A model generated the notes under the pieces. That model was not told the DNA's origin, made no database searches, and saw only the letters and a list, made by a program, of their open reading frames with translations. Below are positions 52,127 to 63,696 of a DNA stretch of 64,000 bases, in pieces (the first letter of the stretch is position 1; each line of letters starts with the position of its first letter). The position numbers and the translations under genes are program-made. The DNA is from Octopus sinensis. Its lineage: Eukaryota. Where the stretch lies: assembly GCF_006345805.1 (NCBI RefSeq), contig NC_043000.1, positions 137,702,001 through 137,766,000 on the forward strand, read 5' to 3'.

Positions 52127-52910
52127 GATTTTTTTTATTAGCCACAAGGGCCCGAAATAGAGGGGGACAAACAAGGACAGACAGGACACCACAGAGTGGA
52201 CAATATATATTTATTTACTACCCACAATGGGGCTAAACACAGAGGGGACAAACAAGGACAGACAAAGCGATTAAGTCGATTCCATCGACCCCAGTGCGTA
52301 ACTGGTACTTAATTTATCGACCCCGAAAGGATGAAAGGCAAAGTCGACCTCGGCGGAATTTGAACTCAGAACGTAACGGCAGACGAAATACGGCTACGCA
52401 TTTCGCCCGGCGTGCTACCGTTTCTGCCAGCTCGCCGCCTTCAGAGTGGACAATATATAGAACGAATATGATTGAGATGATTTATATAACAGTGGGGTTA
52501 TGAATGGCTGCATGCGCCCCTCATCACATGCATTACCATTAATCTTTTTAAACTGTCCGTTTTTATCATGTATCTACATAACAATTAATTATCGTGTACT
52601 ATTACAATTATTTGAACCGTTATATACGTTCTCTAAAATTGTTCTATTTTTCAATATTTTTAAACATAACATAAAACACTTTTTCTTTTCTTTTTTTCCT
52701 GTCAATTTAACATACTTATTTACTTTACAGTAGTATTTCATTAGTGGTTCAATTTCTACTAAATCCATTACAGGTGGCAATTCTTTGAATTCCACCTTTA
52801 CTCCTGGTGGGTTAATATTATCTCCACACATTTCTTTCAGTCTCTTGTAATTTTCGTCTTCGATTACTATCGCCTTCATATCCTCTGCATATATGTATGA
52901 TGGTACTTTT
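52127..52910 (-). mobile_element. 5'-truncated ORF-bearing retroposon (same family as the 39-kb copy) with A-rich tail
   Basis: 17-bp TSD TTCAGGTTTCAAATTCT at 52110 and 52911; ORF 52589-52879; tail TGTCTGTCCTTGTTTGTCCCCCTCTATTTCGGGCCCTTGTGGCTAATAAAAAAAA. Confidence 0.85.
52210..52441 (-). mobile_element. SINE family B nested in the 3' UTR of the above element
   Basis: 18-bp TSD CAGAGTGGACAATATATA at 52192 and 52442. Confidence 0.9.
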
Positions 52911-54848
52911 TTCAGGTTTCAAATTCTTTCGGATTCAGTTTCGAATCAGAGATAATTTCGTAAAGTTCGTGCTGTCTAGAAAAGACAAAGTATTTAGATA
53001 CAATCTGTAAAGATATATTTGCCAATCATCTTTCGTTTATCATATTAAATAAATATCGGCGAATAAACTAAAATAAAATTTCAAAAGAAGTTTGAAGAAG
53101 AAATCTTGATATTTTATAAAGTAAGGGGAGGTGGTGTAGTGTCCTACAGTCCTAATCACATTTAGTTGAGATGTCTTATTCATATGGATTAAGCCAAATA
53201 TATTTCAAAGAGAAATTTTCACGGTATATTACAGTCTACAATCAAGAATGTATATCTAGTTTTCGTGACGTTAAGCATAGAGATAACACACCTCTCGCCG
53301 ATTTAGACGTCAGCTGGTTTCAGAAAATTTAACTAGAAATTTAGCTTAACGCTATTGAACATAAAATTGTTGCAAACTGATATATGTACGGGAAGTAGCA
53401 TTAGTGACTGGATGCGAACCACTGATATCTCACCCTGCCATTCGATATGCTGTACACTTAATCATCGAACGTAACCCGAAGAAAGAAAAAAATCTGAAAG
53501 TAAATATATTAGCATTTCTCCATGTTTTCTCATTTCATCATAATTTGTTTTTGCAAGTAGACACTAATTTACAGTATTTCCAAATTCACGTTTCTTTTAT
53601 CTAAATCATGACTTTTGGTTCAAAGCAGATTTCAGTACATATCAAATCTAGAACGCATTCGTGTATCGTGTCTGCTAAAGAATAATCTGAAACTGGTAAC
53701 CTTAAACACGAGCCATAATCTTTTATCTTCATTTAACGCTCTAAACGTGATTGTCTTAATGTTTAATTCTCATTTCTACATCGATGTAAGGTTTTCCAAT
53801 TAATGCTCTCTAGTATTAAATAATCATTATCTTAAATTAATGTTTAATTTGGCGTAATTTTCAAAGTATTTCTGAAACCAATGTGTTCTTAAATACTCAG
53901 CTGACTAGGAATTGTCAAGGAATCGGTTTGAATACTATCTCACATATGTTGAACAACAATAACGTGTGATATAGACATAATATATGTTATCTTCAATCTT
54001 TACGCAATTCAAATCAACGAATGTTAACAACATTGCTGATTAGCAGACCTTTTGTGGGAAGAAAGTAACAGAGATATGCGCTTATATGTAGACACGCACA
54101 TAACATATGCATACGTTTTGATGAGTATGACTGATGGTGTGTGAGTGTTTGTAAGTGAGAGAGAGAGACTGCGAGGGGAAGAGAGACAGAGAAAGTGAGT
54201 TTTCTGTTTTAAATAATGTCGCAAATATATGCCAAACTGTCCTAACATTGTATCTTCTAATTTTTCAAAATGTATGAGATGTTAATTATACTCTTATCAC
54301 AGATATTGACGTTATCTCAGATCCATTTACAATTTAGAATTACGAGAAACGTGTCAAACTAAGAAATCAATGGTAAGTTGGCAGATAAAATGCTGGACAA
54401 CTTGGTTACCTTCACCTTAAGGTATGGAAGGACTTCTTGAGAAAGATGTCGAGATGAATTTAACACACTTCATCGCCTGCTGAAGAATTGTAAGAAGACA
54501 AAACTAGACGAAAACAACTCTAGGTAGTGCAGTTAGTTTTAGCCAACGCCGAAAGAAGTATGCCGCATACCTGAATAGATATTAGTTGTGGAACAACCAT
54601 TTTCTAAATAAAAATATTTTTTATTCAAATATAATGTTGAGAATTTACAAATGCTATGTCATGCAATTATATTACTTCGTGAACTGGTAGCATGTTGTTG
54701 CACCACTTTATAGTAAAGTATACTGAATTACCGTCCATCAAATAGAAGAAGTAGGTGAACAAGGCTGCAATATAATATGAAACACTATTATAACTATTAT
54801 CTGAACAGGCTGTCTGATATCTAATAGACTCGTTATCTTCGTAGAATA

Positions 54849-55084
54849 CAGGGTGGCCCAAAAGTAGGTTTACAGATATCACGTAGGTGCTTTAAATTTT
54901 TTTATTGCATTTATTACATTTAAATTTCTATCTTACAAACTGAAAAGGGAGCCTGACAAAATTAACCAAATTAGCATAGAATAATGGTTTCATAGTTTTT
55001 TTTAAAATTAAGATCTAAACTGTTAATATATGAATGCGAAAGAGATAGTTGAAAAACTATAAACCTACTTTTGGGTCACACCTG
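54849..55084. mobile_element. Tc1/mariner-type MITE
   Basis: TIRs CAGGGTGGCCCAAAAGTAGGTTTA / TAAACCTACTTTTGGGTCACACCTG with TA on both sides (54847 and 55085). Confidence 0.85.
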
Positions 55085-55208
55085 TATTAAAACAAACCAG
55101 AAATAAAAATGGAATAATACCTATAATTATATCATAAGTATTCTGTAATGTGTGGCGTAGTGGTTGTTAGCTGTTCGAATCATGGTAGCAATGTGTTTTC
55201 TTAAGCAA

Positions 55209-55428
55209 TACACAGAGGGGATAAATACAGAGGGGATAAACAAGGACAGACACACGGATCAAGTCGATTACATCGACCCCAGTGCGCAAATGGTACTTAC
55301 CTAATCGACCCCCAAATGATGAAAGGCAAAGTCGACCTCCGCGGAATTTGAACTCAGAACGTAACGGCAGACGAAATACGGCTACGCATTTCGCCCGGCG
55401 TGCTATAACGTTTCTGCCAGCTCGCCGC
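55209..55428 (-). mobile_element. SINE family B
   Basis: Colinear with 51629-51863. Confidence 0.85.
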
Positions 55429-55459
55429 TGATGATCAGCAGTAAGCAATATACTTTATA

Positions 55460-55640
55460 TCACGTTCTTCCAGTCCACTCAGCTGGCAAAAATGTGTCAT
55501 ACCTATAATTCCGAATCCAGCTTTATAGCGTACTGTATCGTGCTGAATCTCCTTCAGAACTATATTACCGGAACGCATATTTGTGAAGTGCTCGCATGTT
55601 AATTTCGCGAGCAAGTTGTTCTATTGAACTGCTAGTAAAA
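55460..55640 (+). mobile_element. Degenerate SINE fragment (C-type head end plus shared body)
   Basis: CCAGTCCACTCAGCTGGCAAAAATG...GCTGAATCTCC.TCAGAACTA...GTTAATTTCGCGAGCA. Confidence 0.55.
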
Positions 55641-56128
55641 TTCGCCGTAGGAAGTAAAACAATATGCAAACAAACTAAGTTCTAACAAATAAACTCTTTT
55701 AGTTTCCCGTCGTTTTAAATTTCCACATGTATGTGACACGACCATCGTATCCGAAATCGTTATATAGGGAAAGAAGCATGACAAAATTATCGAACTCTTA
55801 ATTACAGTAGCCGAACTGATAAATACAGATAATTACAATCTAGACCTTTGGAAACTTGTTTAATTAAAATATTGCCTGTATTTAATAAAAAAATATTGCC
55901 TACACTTACACGACCTTCATTACATCGCGGCATCTCGAAACCGATATATTTTTTATCGCAATCTACTTCCTTTCTCTCACCAAATCGATTTTTTGAAATG
56001 AAATCTACAAATAATTTTTTTGTAGGAACTTAACGTTCTATCATCAGGTTTATGGAAATGTTTGTGATAAACTGCATATGCAAAACCAGTTATTTTTATT
56101 CAAGTGTCATGGTATTATATCTATTTTT

Positions 56129-56677
56129 CCCTATTAAAAAAGACGTCACCGTTTGCCAAAATTGATGAAAAAAAGAACGATTATCTATTTTCATTAAAGC
56201 AAAATCTTATACCCGAAAATGGTTACACTGAAGAATGAAAATTTTGATAATTTGAGACTGTTTAAAAATTAAATGAAGCATTGGCTAATAAATATTCGTC
56301 TTACGTAGGTTCTCACTCAATCTAACGAGAATTGGTTTGGATGTACATATAAACAAATGTAAGCCGGATCAAGGCTGCCGTAACGGAATTCGCCTGGTTA
56401 AGGACATAACTTTTAATCCATATACAAATTTCCATTAAAGTTTCTCAGTTAACTACGTAACAGAGGCTGTCGGTATTACAATTCAGTCTTTAGCAGCAAT
56501 TATCATGTAAATATTTATTAGCCAATGCTTCATTTAATTTTTAAACAGTCTCAAATTATCAAACTTTTCAATCTTCAATGTAACCATTTTCGGGTATAAG
56601 TTTTTGCTTTAATGAAAATAGATAATCGTTTTTTTTTTCACCAATTTTGGCAAACGGTGACGTCTTTTTTAATAGGG
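56129..56677. mobile_element. MITE/fold-back element with ~168-bp terminal inverted repeats
   Basis: 56129-56296 is the reverse complement of 56510-56677, with a ~213-bp unique spacer; no clear TSD. Confidence 0.8.
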
Positions 56678-57070
56678 CCTAGGGAAAAATCTCCTGCAAA
56701 TGAAAATGCACAGACCAAAAAATATCGCTATAAATGAAGATGCAAAGTGTTTAAAAGAGACAGAAAGTCGACTTGAAAACTAGCGAAACAGGCTTGCAAA
56801 ACTATGAGACATCCATGCAGTCAACAACGAGCGAAGGTATTTATCTTGAAATTCATTGTCAAGTGGAAATTTTGTAAGTCTGCCTGAAAGAAACATGACT
56901 GATTTTCATCAGACAAAGCTGACTGCAGTCTGGGCAAACAAATAGCAAACAATAAACTGACAGTGCTCCAGTATGACAAATCCACCAACTCTGAGAAGTA
57001 TCTTCAGCTTACAGAGAAGGAATGTCAGCCATCTGCGAACATCGTGAAGCTAAATGGTATGTTAAATCTA

Positions 57071-57300
57071 CAGGCGAGCTGGCAGAAACGTTAGCACACC
57101 GGGGAAAATGCGTAGCCGTATTTCGTCTGCCGTTACGTTCTGAGTTCAAATTCCGCCGAGGTCGACTTTGCCTTTCATCCTTTCGGGGTCGATTAAATAA
57201 GTACCAATTACGCACTGGGGTCGAAATAATCGTCTTAATTCGTTTGTCTGTCCTTGTTTGTCCTCTCTATGTTTAGCCCCTTGTAGGTAGTTAAGAAATA
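57071..57300 (+). mobile_element. SINE family B
   Basis: 15-bp TSD GGTATGTTAAATCTA at 57056 and 57301. Confidence 0.9.
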
Positions 57301-58678
57301 GGTATGTTAAATCTAAAGAAATGTATTGTATTGGGCGCAAAGTAATTCTACCATATAATTTGCAGCTGCAGATGAATTTCGAGAATAGTGACAAAGTTTT
57401 ATTTCACAGAAAATGGGACATCGCAGCGCTCTCGCTATCCACTTAAGCTATAAATAATTGCTTTCTTAATGTTGTGAAAATAAGATAGCTTCATATGAAA
57501 TCGTCTTTAATGCGAAATGGCTAATTAGAAAACGAGGAAAGAAAATTCATTAGCAGCCCGCCCAAAAAGAAAGGGTAATCCAACATAAGCAACCTATCAT
57601 CAGATCCAGGGATGTATTACTTCATGCCACTCTATATATATCAACAACTCCGAAATTTTTTCTCCTAGTTTGCTCCCACATTCAAGGATCGAAAGCATGT
57701 TACTGGATATGTCTGTAATCACACATTAGTGAAAAAGACCGAATATTCTTTTTTTTATTATTATTAAAGAATGAGTTCGTTAGATGATGCAGACTGAAAC
57801 AATAGCTTCAAAAAGACTGAAATCATATGTGCCGTAGCTGAACCTGTAGATCTATGCTTCTTTCAAGGTCCACTCAATATTGCATGCTCACGTGCCCTTG
57901 CATATGATCATTACTTTCGCTAGGACACCAAATCGTAGAACAGTGAAGTGTTATCAATTCCAAGAGCCCCAACTAAGCAAAGATTAAATTCTGTTGAAAT
58001 TAATTCTAATTTATGTGTTGGATATAACTTTAGAATTAGAATAAAATATAGATAGTATTTTTTCTACAGCTACGAAATTAAAATTAACCGTAAATTTTGC
58101 AACAGAAACGGATACATCTTAGAAAGTCAAAAGAAACATTCAAATTTTCTGCATGCATATACAAAATAACTCTCGTTAAGAAAATGAAAATTGTTGGCAC
58201 CCAGAAAACGCCCGGTAGCTGTTAGTTATATAATAACGATATTAATTCCAAATTGATTATAACCTTAGAGAACAAAGAGAATATAAAATAACTGAAAGAA
58301 AAGTACCTTCGGGTAAATTATAAGTGTTTGTGTTATTTTAGAAATTCATTTGTTTATTTCTTTATAATTTTTATGTATTTCCTTCCTTGCATCGATGTAT
58401 TATTTACAACAAATTAATTGATGTTTCCTACAGCTCTTCTAAAAGAGAAATCAGAATGTAAAATGTCAATTAATGTAATTCAGTCTGGAATCTTTCTAGT
58501 TAGAGTATATTTTGGTATTTAGAAAGGAAAGTGCACGTCCGAGTAACATATACACATAATCTTATACAACTACATGCGAGTAACATATACACGTACTCTT
58601 ATATAACTACACGTGAGCGCATACGTACAAAGGGGTAGTTGAAACAACGACGTTGATGAGGAAAAGCTTACAAGAAAA

Positions 58679-58825
58679 TACGAGAGGGTACCCAAAAGTA
58701 ACCGGAAACGTTTTGTGTAGGGCAAGCTAGTTGATGTAACTGTCAGGAATCAATCTGCCGACCGGCGTCTTCCCAGGGAGCTGTACTGCCTCGGGGAGTG
58801 TCATTATTTTGCAGTGCTACTTTCT
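58679..58825 (+). mobile_element. mariner-like terminal fragment
   Basis: TA-CGAGAGGGTACCCAAAAGTAACCGGAA resembles mariner TIRs; partner TIR not found. Confidence 0.5.
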
Positions 58826-58829
58826 GTTC

Positions 58830-59040
58830 ATTGATATTTAGCGGCAGTTCGTCCGTCTTCGTGTTATGAGTTCAAATTCCGTCGGGGTCGACCTTGCCTT
58901 TCATCTTTTCTGGGTCAATAAATTAAGTACCAGTGAAACACTGGCGTCGATGTAATTGACTAGTCCCCTTCCTTCAAATTCCAGGCTTTGTGCCTTTAGT
59001 GGAAAGGATTATTATTATTATTATTTTTATTATTATTATT
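58830..59040 (+). mobile_element. SINE family B' with (ATT)n tail
   Basis: GAGTTCAAATTCCG B-box, core, CCAGGCTTTGTGCCTTTAGTGGAAAGG(ATT)n. Confidence 0.8.
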
Positions 59041-59385
59041 GAGTGCATGCCATCAAAGTGACACTGGGGTAAAATTTACGAAGCCCAGTATACCCATCAT
59101 GACTACCTGTCTGATAAGGGTACATTAGGCACATGCATCACAACCATCTGTGTGCGACATGGTGATCTAATGTCAAGATAAACAGCACATGATCTTGTAG
59201 GTGGAGCCCAGTTAGAATTTTCTTCTGGTCGAGTAACCCGTCCCGCTCAAAAGGTCCCTGAATAAGGGTTGTTTAAGGATGTTGAACGAGACACCCATGT
59301 TTCCAGAGGTGAAATATTCAAACCCCAAAGAATCCCTCTCAACACATGGCTATGATGCTCCCCCACTACTGCTCGTGATCAGTTT
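59041..59385. other. Unclassified GC-balanced segment, probably an interspersed repeat
   Basis: Sharp compositional contrast with its flanks; no second copy or ORF in the window. Confidence 0.3.
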
Positions 59386-59930
59386 TCTTTCTCTATATAT
59401 TTCATATAATTATTAAATATGTTTTATAGCAATTAGTTTTTACTTTTATGAAAACTTAGCAGAAACAGATGAAGAGAACTGAATTTTATCATTTTATTTC
59501 CATTTTGCGTTGTTGTGAAAATATCTATTTTTTTGAAATACAATAGATAAAATAAATATAGAAATGAAGAGAAAAATATAAGTTTATGAAGCGGTAGGTT
59601 AGTATAACAATACTTTAATACGAGGTTTGTATCAAATTCATTTCATAAATAGCAATTAGTTTATGAGTTTTACTATACATGTGAACGAACAAATGCGAGA
59701 AGTTTTTCAGTGATTTCGTATATGAACGCTTGAATGGCAGGCAAAATCTTCAGCATGTACACAGCGAGAAGCCCTAGCCAATATTTAAATCGATTATCAC
59801 CGGCGTTTTTAAAACAATTGTAGCAATTACATAAACACTAATATACTATTATCTAATTACTTAATGTAATTTACTGATTCCGGGAAAATAGAGTGCATAT
59901 ATATATATATATTATATATATATATATATA

Positions 59931-60229
59931 CATGCCTACATACATACATACATATTTATGTGTGTGTGTGTGTATGTGTGTGTGAATATATATACTCTTT
60001 TACTCTTTTACTCGTTTCAGTCATCTGACTGCGGCCATGCTGGAGCACCGCCTTACATCGAGCAACTCGATCCCTGGACTTATTCTTTTGTAAGCCGAGT
60101 ACTTATTCTATCGGTCTCTTTTGCCGAACCGCTAATGTAACGGAGACATAAACACACCAGCATCGGTTGTCAAGCAATGATAGGGGGACAAACACAGACA
60201 CACAAACACACACACGCATATATATATAT

Positions 60230-60261
<32 letters not shown>

Positions 60262-60768
60262 CATACATATATACGACGGGCTTCTTTCAGTTTCCGTCTA
60301 CCAAATCCACTCACAAGGCTTTGGTCGGCCCGGGGCTATAGTAGAAGACACTTGCCCAAGGTGCCACGCAGTGGGACTGAACCCGGGACCATGTGATTGG
60401 TAAACAAGCTACTTAACACACAGCCACTCCTGCGCCTATATATATATATATATAATATATATATATATACATGCCTACATACATACATACATATTTATGT
60501 GTGTGTGTGTGTATGTGTGTGTGAATATATATACTCTTTTACTCTTTTACTCGTTTCAGTCATCTGACTGCGGCCATGCTGGAGCACCGCCTTACATCGA
60601 GCAACTCGATCCCTGGACTTATTCTTTTGTAAGCCGAGTACTTATTCTATCGGTCTCTTTTGCCGAACCGCTAATGTAACGGAGACATAAACACACCAGC
60701 ATCGGTTGTCAAGCAATGATAGGGGGACAAACACAGACACACAAACACACACACGCATATATATATAT

Positions 60769-60800
<32 letters not shown>

Positions 60801-60973
60801 CATACATATATACGACGGGCTTCTTTCAGTTTCCGTCTACCAAATCCACTCACAAGGCTTTGGTCGGCCCGGGGCTATAGTAGAAGACACTTGCCCAAGG
60901 TGCCACGCAGTGGGACTGAACCCGGGACCATGTGATTGGTAAACAAGCTACTTAACACACAGCCACTCCTGCG

Positions 60974-60975
<2 letters not shown>
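59931..60975. repeat. Tandem duplication with 539-bp period; each unit is microsatellite plus full-length SINE A (-; about 59993-60438 and 60532-60977)
   Basis: ORF pairs 59958/60497 and 60132/60671 are identical and offset by 539. Confidence 0.95.
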
Positions 60976-61021
<46 letters not shown>

Positions 61022-61809
61022 AAATAAAGGTTACAAACCTCATTCAGGAATAGCAAAATTCTATGAAGATACTAGTTACGTATACAAAAAAAGTTGAACA
61101 TTACAATTAATACTCAATTTAATTAACAGTTAGCAGCGGTTTACTCAACAAGCAGGGATCGAGCACCTATTTTGTATATCTTAAACTATCTCTGAAGGGA
61201 TTCGACTTTCAAATAATTTTTAATTATATTAATTAATTTTCTGAAGGTTTTGAACTGAAACAGCTGTAAGGGATGTTTGTCAATGTTTTAATTAATAAGT
61301 AATTTATTAACTACCTCTCTATTTTTTAGCTTATTATATTATTCTCCTTTAAGAAATAGGCTTGATTTTTCAAAAAGAACAGCGTTATTAAACGGACGAC
61401 ATATTTGGATATTTAAGCATATACCATATAAGTATTATATGATTAGTATTGAGTCCATCACTGAATATCTCTTATCGATTCTTTATTGAAAATGTACACA
61501 CATCTGCGGGCGTGTGCACAAACACAAATACATAAAATTTCATATAATTTGATATGAATGCTCTAATTTGCTAATTAGAATGCTTTCCTGGATATTTAAT
61601 TAATTTAAATAATTTGTTCTAAACAAGTACAATGAAATGAGGGTTACCTATATGCAAATTCTGAAATAGTTTTGAAAATTTTAAATATGTTAATTTAAAA
61701 TCTATAAAATTCACCGTTGCAGCATATCACGAATTCATTCTACGGATTTCCTTTTTGAAGAGTAAGTCTGGTTCCAACGAAGAAACGACATTAGAAAGTT
61801 GAACTTTAT

Positions 61810-62140
61810 TTGTATATATATATATATTTGTGTGAGTTTGTATGTGTGTGTAATGTGTGCATTTATATCTGTGTATATATATGTATATACATATATATAT
61901 ATATATTATATATATATATATATATTATATATATATATATATGTGTATATATATATATATGTATATATATGTGTGTGTGTATATATATGTGTGTGTGTTT
62001 GTATATATATATATATATGTATATATATGTGTGTGTGTATATATATGTGTGTGTGTTTGTATATATATATATTGTGTATATATATGTGTGTGTGTTTGTA
62101 TATATATATGTGTATATATATGTGTGTGTGTGTGTATATA

Positions 62141-62192
<52 letters not shown>

Positions 62193-62215
62193 AATATATG
62201 TGTATATATGTAAAG
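61810..62215. repeat. Compound (TA)n/(TG)n microsatellite
   Basis: Directly visible. Confidence 0.95.
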
Positions 62216-62633
62216 AATAAAAAGTTTTGAATGGTACAACAATGCACTATAATACGGACAATGGACTATATACCTGTTGTAATTTAGTCATCCATAGTCT
62301 GATATGATATTCTGGAATAGTATTCCTTCTTCAGATATTCTTAGATGGAATCGCAGCAATAATCGGTTTTCCAACGGCTTGTGTATATAAATATTAAGAT
62401 GATACATGGGTGATAACTGAGAAATGAGAATATGAAAAGTGTGTTACTCACTCTACACTGACTAACACCACTCGCCACCTCTGAGTCCTGAGTACTCTTT
62501 ATTCTTTAGTCTTTCCTTTAATGTTTTCCCCATCGCTGAATGACAACACTCTCTCCTCCATGTACTCGTAACCTTTTTTTTTACCGGGGGAGGGTCTTGT
62601 AAATTTTGTAATATCTGTTGTTTCTTCTTTTTC

Positions 62634-63308
62634 CTATGGGGAGAGGGGCTGGGTGGGTTTGGTGTCTGTATGGGGAGGGTGTGTCTGAGTGGTCGTGTGT
62701 GAGATGGAGTTGGTCTGGGGTCCCACATTACACTGACTGTTCTTCGTCTTCTTTCGCTTTTTCCTTTTATTCTCTGTCACTGTGCATTCATCCTCCTTGT
62801 TCCTTCTATCTATCTGTACTTCTTCCTTTTTCTCCTCCGTTTCCACCACCGCTTCTTCTGTCGTTTTCCTCTGTAGAGGACAGTGCGCTCTAAAGTGGCC
62901 TTTTTGGGCAAATTTAAAGCCTCGCGGAAATCTGCCTTCTACCCATACTCTCAAAACAATTTCTCTCAACGTCACCGTCTCCGCCAAATTTTCCAGCTGC
63001 TTCGCCTCCGCTTGTACGATGAATTCCAATGCTTTCCCTCTACATCCTCCTTCCGCCATCTCTGTGGCTTGGAGGACAGCCACCTCCTCCTCACTACCAA
63101 CGTGGGTGGTTGCCGCAACCCAAGCCATTTCTATATCGGATGGTATTCCTTCTACTCTCACCTTAGAAGTCTTTCTTCCAAGGTACGAGGGTAGAAGTAC
63201 CACTTCCTCCGTTTTTACAGTTGCACGCACCAGCCTCTTTGCCTCCTCCGCTGTACTAAACTGGACAATCACCGTCCCATATCTATTTCCTTTCGTTATG
63301 TATGTCAT
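62634..63308 (-). CDS. Nucleic-acid-binding ORF1/gag-like protein remnant (224 aa)
   Basis: RRM-like motifs and decayed zinc knuckle; EEVAVLQATE shared with ORF 39362. Confidence 0.6.
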   Translation of the reverse strand: MTYITKGNRYGTVIVQFSTAEEAKRLVRATVKTEEVVLLPSYLGRKTSKVRVEGIPSDIEMAWVAATTHVGSEEEVAVLQATEMAEGGCRGKALEFIVQAEAKQLENLAETVTLREIVLRVWVEGRFPRGFKFAQKGHFRAHCPLQRKTTEEAVVETEEKKEEVQIDRRNKEDECTVTENKRKKRKKTKNSQCNVGPQTNSISHTTTQTHPPHTDTKPTQPLSP

Positions 63309-63696
63309 TTCCTTCGAAAGGTTTTTCAGTGCTTTTTCTATATTTCGGTATCCATCTGTTCCACTGAGTACACCTTGTAAGTAATGGTCTTCTTTTCCAT
63401 ATTTTCCACAACCCTTTACGGGGTAATAACTTCACGTCACTGCCCACCTTCTGGGTCATCTTAATCAGCTCCTTCAATCCGGCTAGGTTCACACCCCTTT
63501 TCTTTACCTCTGCAGACTCAGCAAAACACTTTACTCTTTTCAAATGCTCGTCTATTCTATTTACCGCCTTAACGAGCTCCTCCTCTGTTGAGGACAGCTC
63601 ATACTCGCTGAGATCTGAATACATTTTTTCTACCGATATAACACCCACTGACAAACCGCTACCAATCAGCACAAATAATTCCGTCAGTCTTGTCAA
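63283..63696 (-). CDS. N-terminal part of the same ORF1, separated by frameshifts (likely start MYSDLSEY)
   Basis: Charged helical N-terminus; the frame switches near PRKG and again before IEKALKNLSKEMTY. Confidence 0.5.
   Translation of the reverse strand: MTRLTELFVLIGSGLSVGVISVEKMYSDLSEYELSSTEEELVKAVNRIDEHLKRVKCFAESAEVKKRGVNLAGLKELIKMTQKVGSDVKLLPRKGLWKIWKRRPLLTRCTQWNRWIPKYRKSTEKPFEGNDIHNERK

Noticed and set aside
56800-57960. EGIYL and KKTEII peptides suggestive of an old RTE RT
   Set aside because: Only two short motifs, with no continuous frame or second copy.
62221-62400. Minus-strand CTGAAGAAGGAA..TTCC motif and a GKPIIAA peptide hinting at a Penelope remnant (similar weak hints at 4770-4870, 38099 and 61240-61275)
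   Set aside because: The GAAA core or stems are missing or broken; too degenerate to call.
62782-63384. 200-aa plus-strand ORF (likewise 39295-39687 minus and 34982-35380 plus)
   Set aside because: Antisense shadows of transposon coding sequence.
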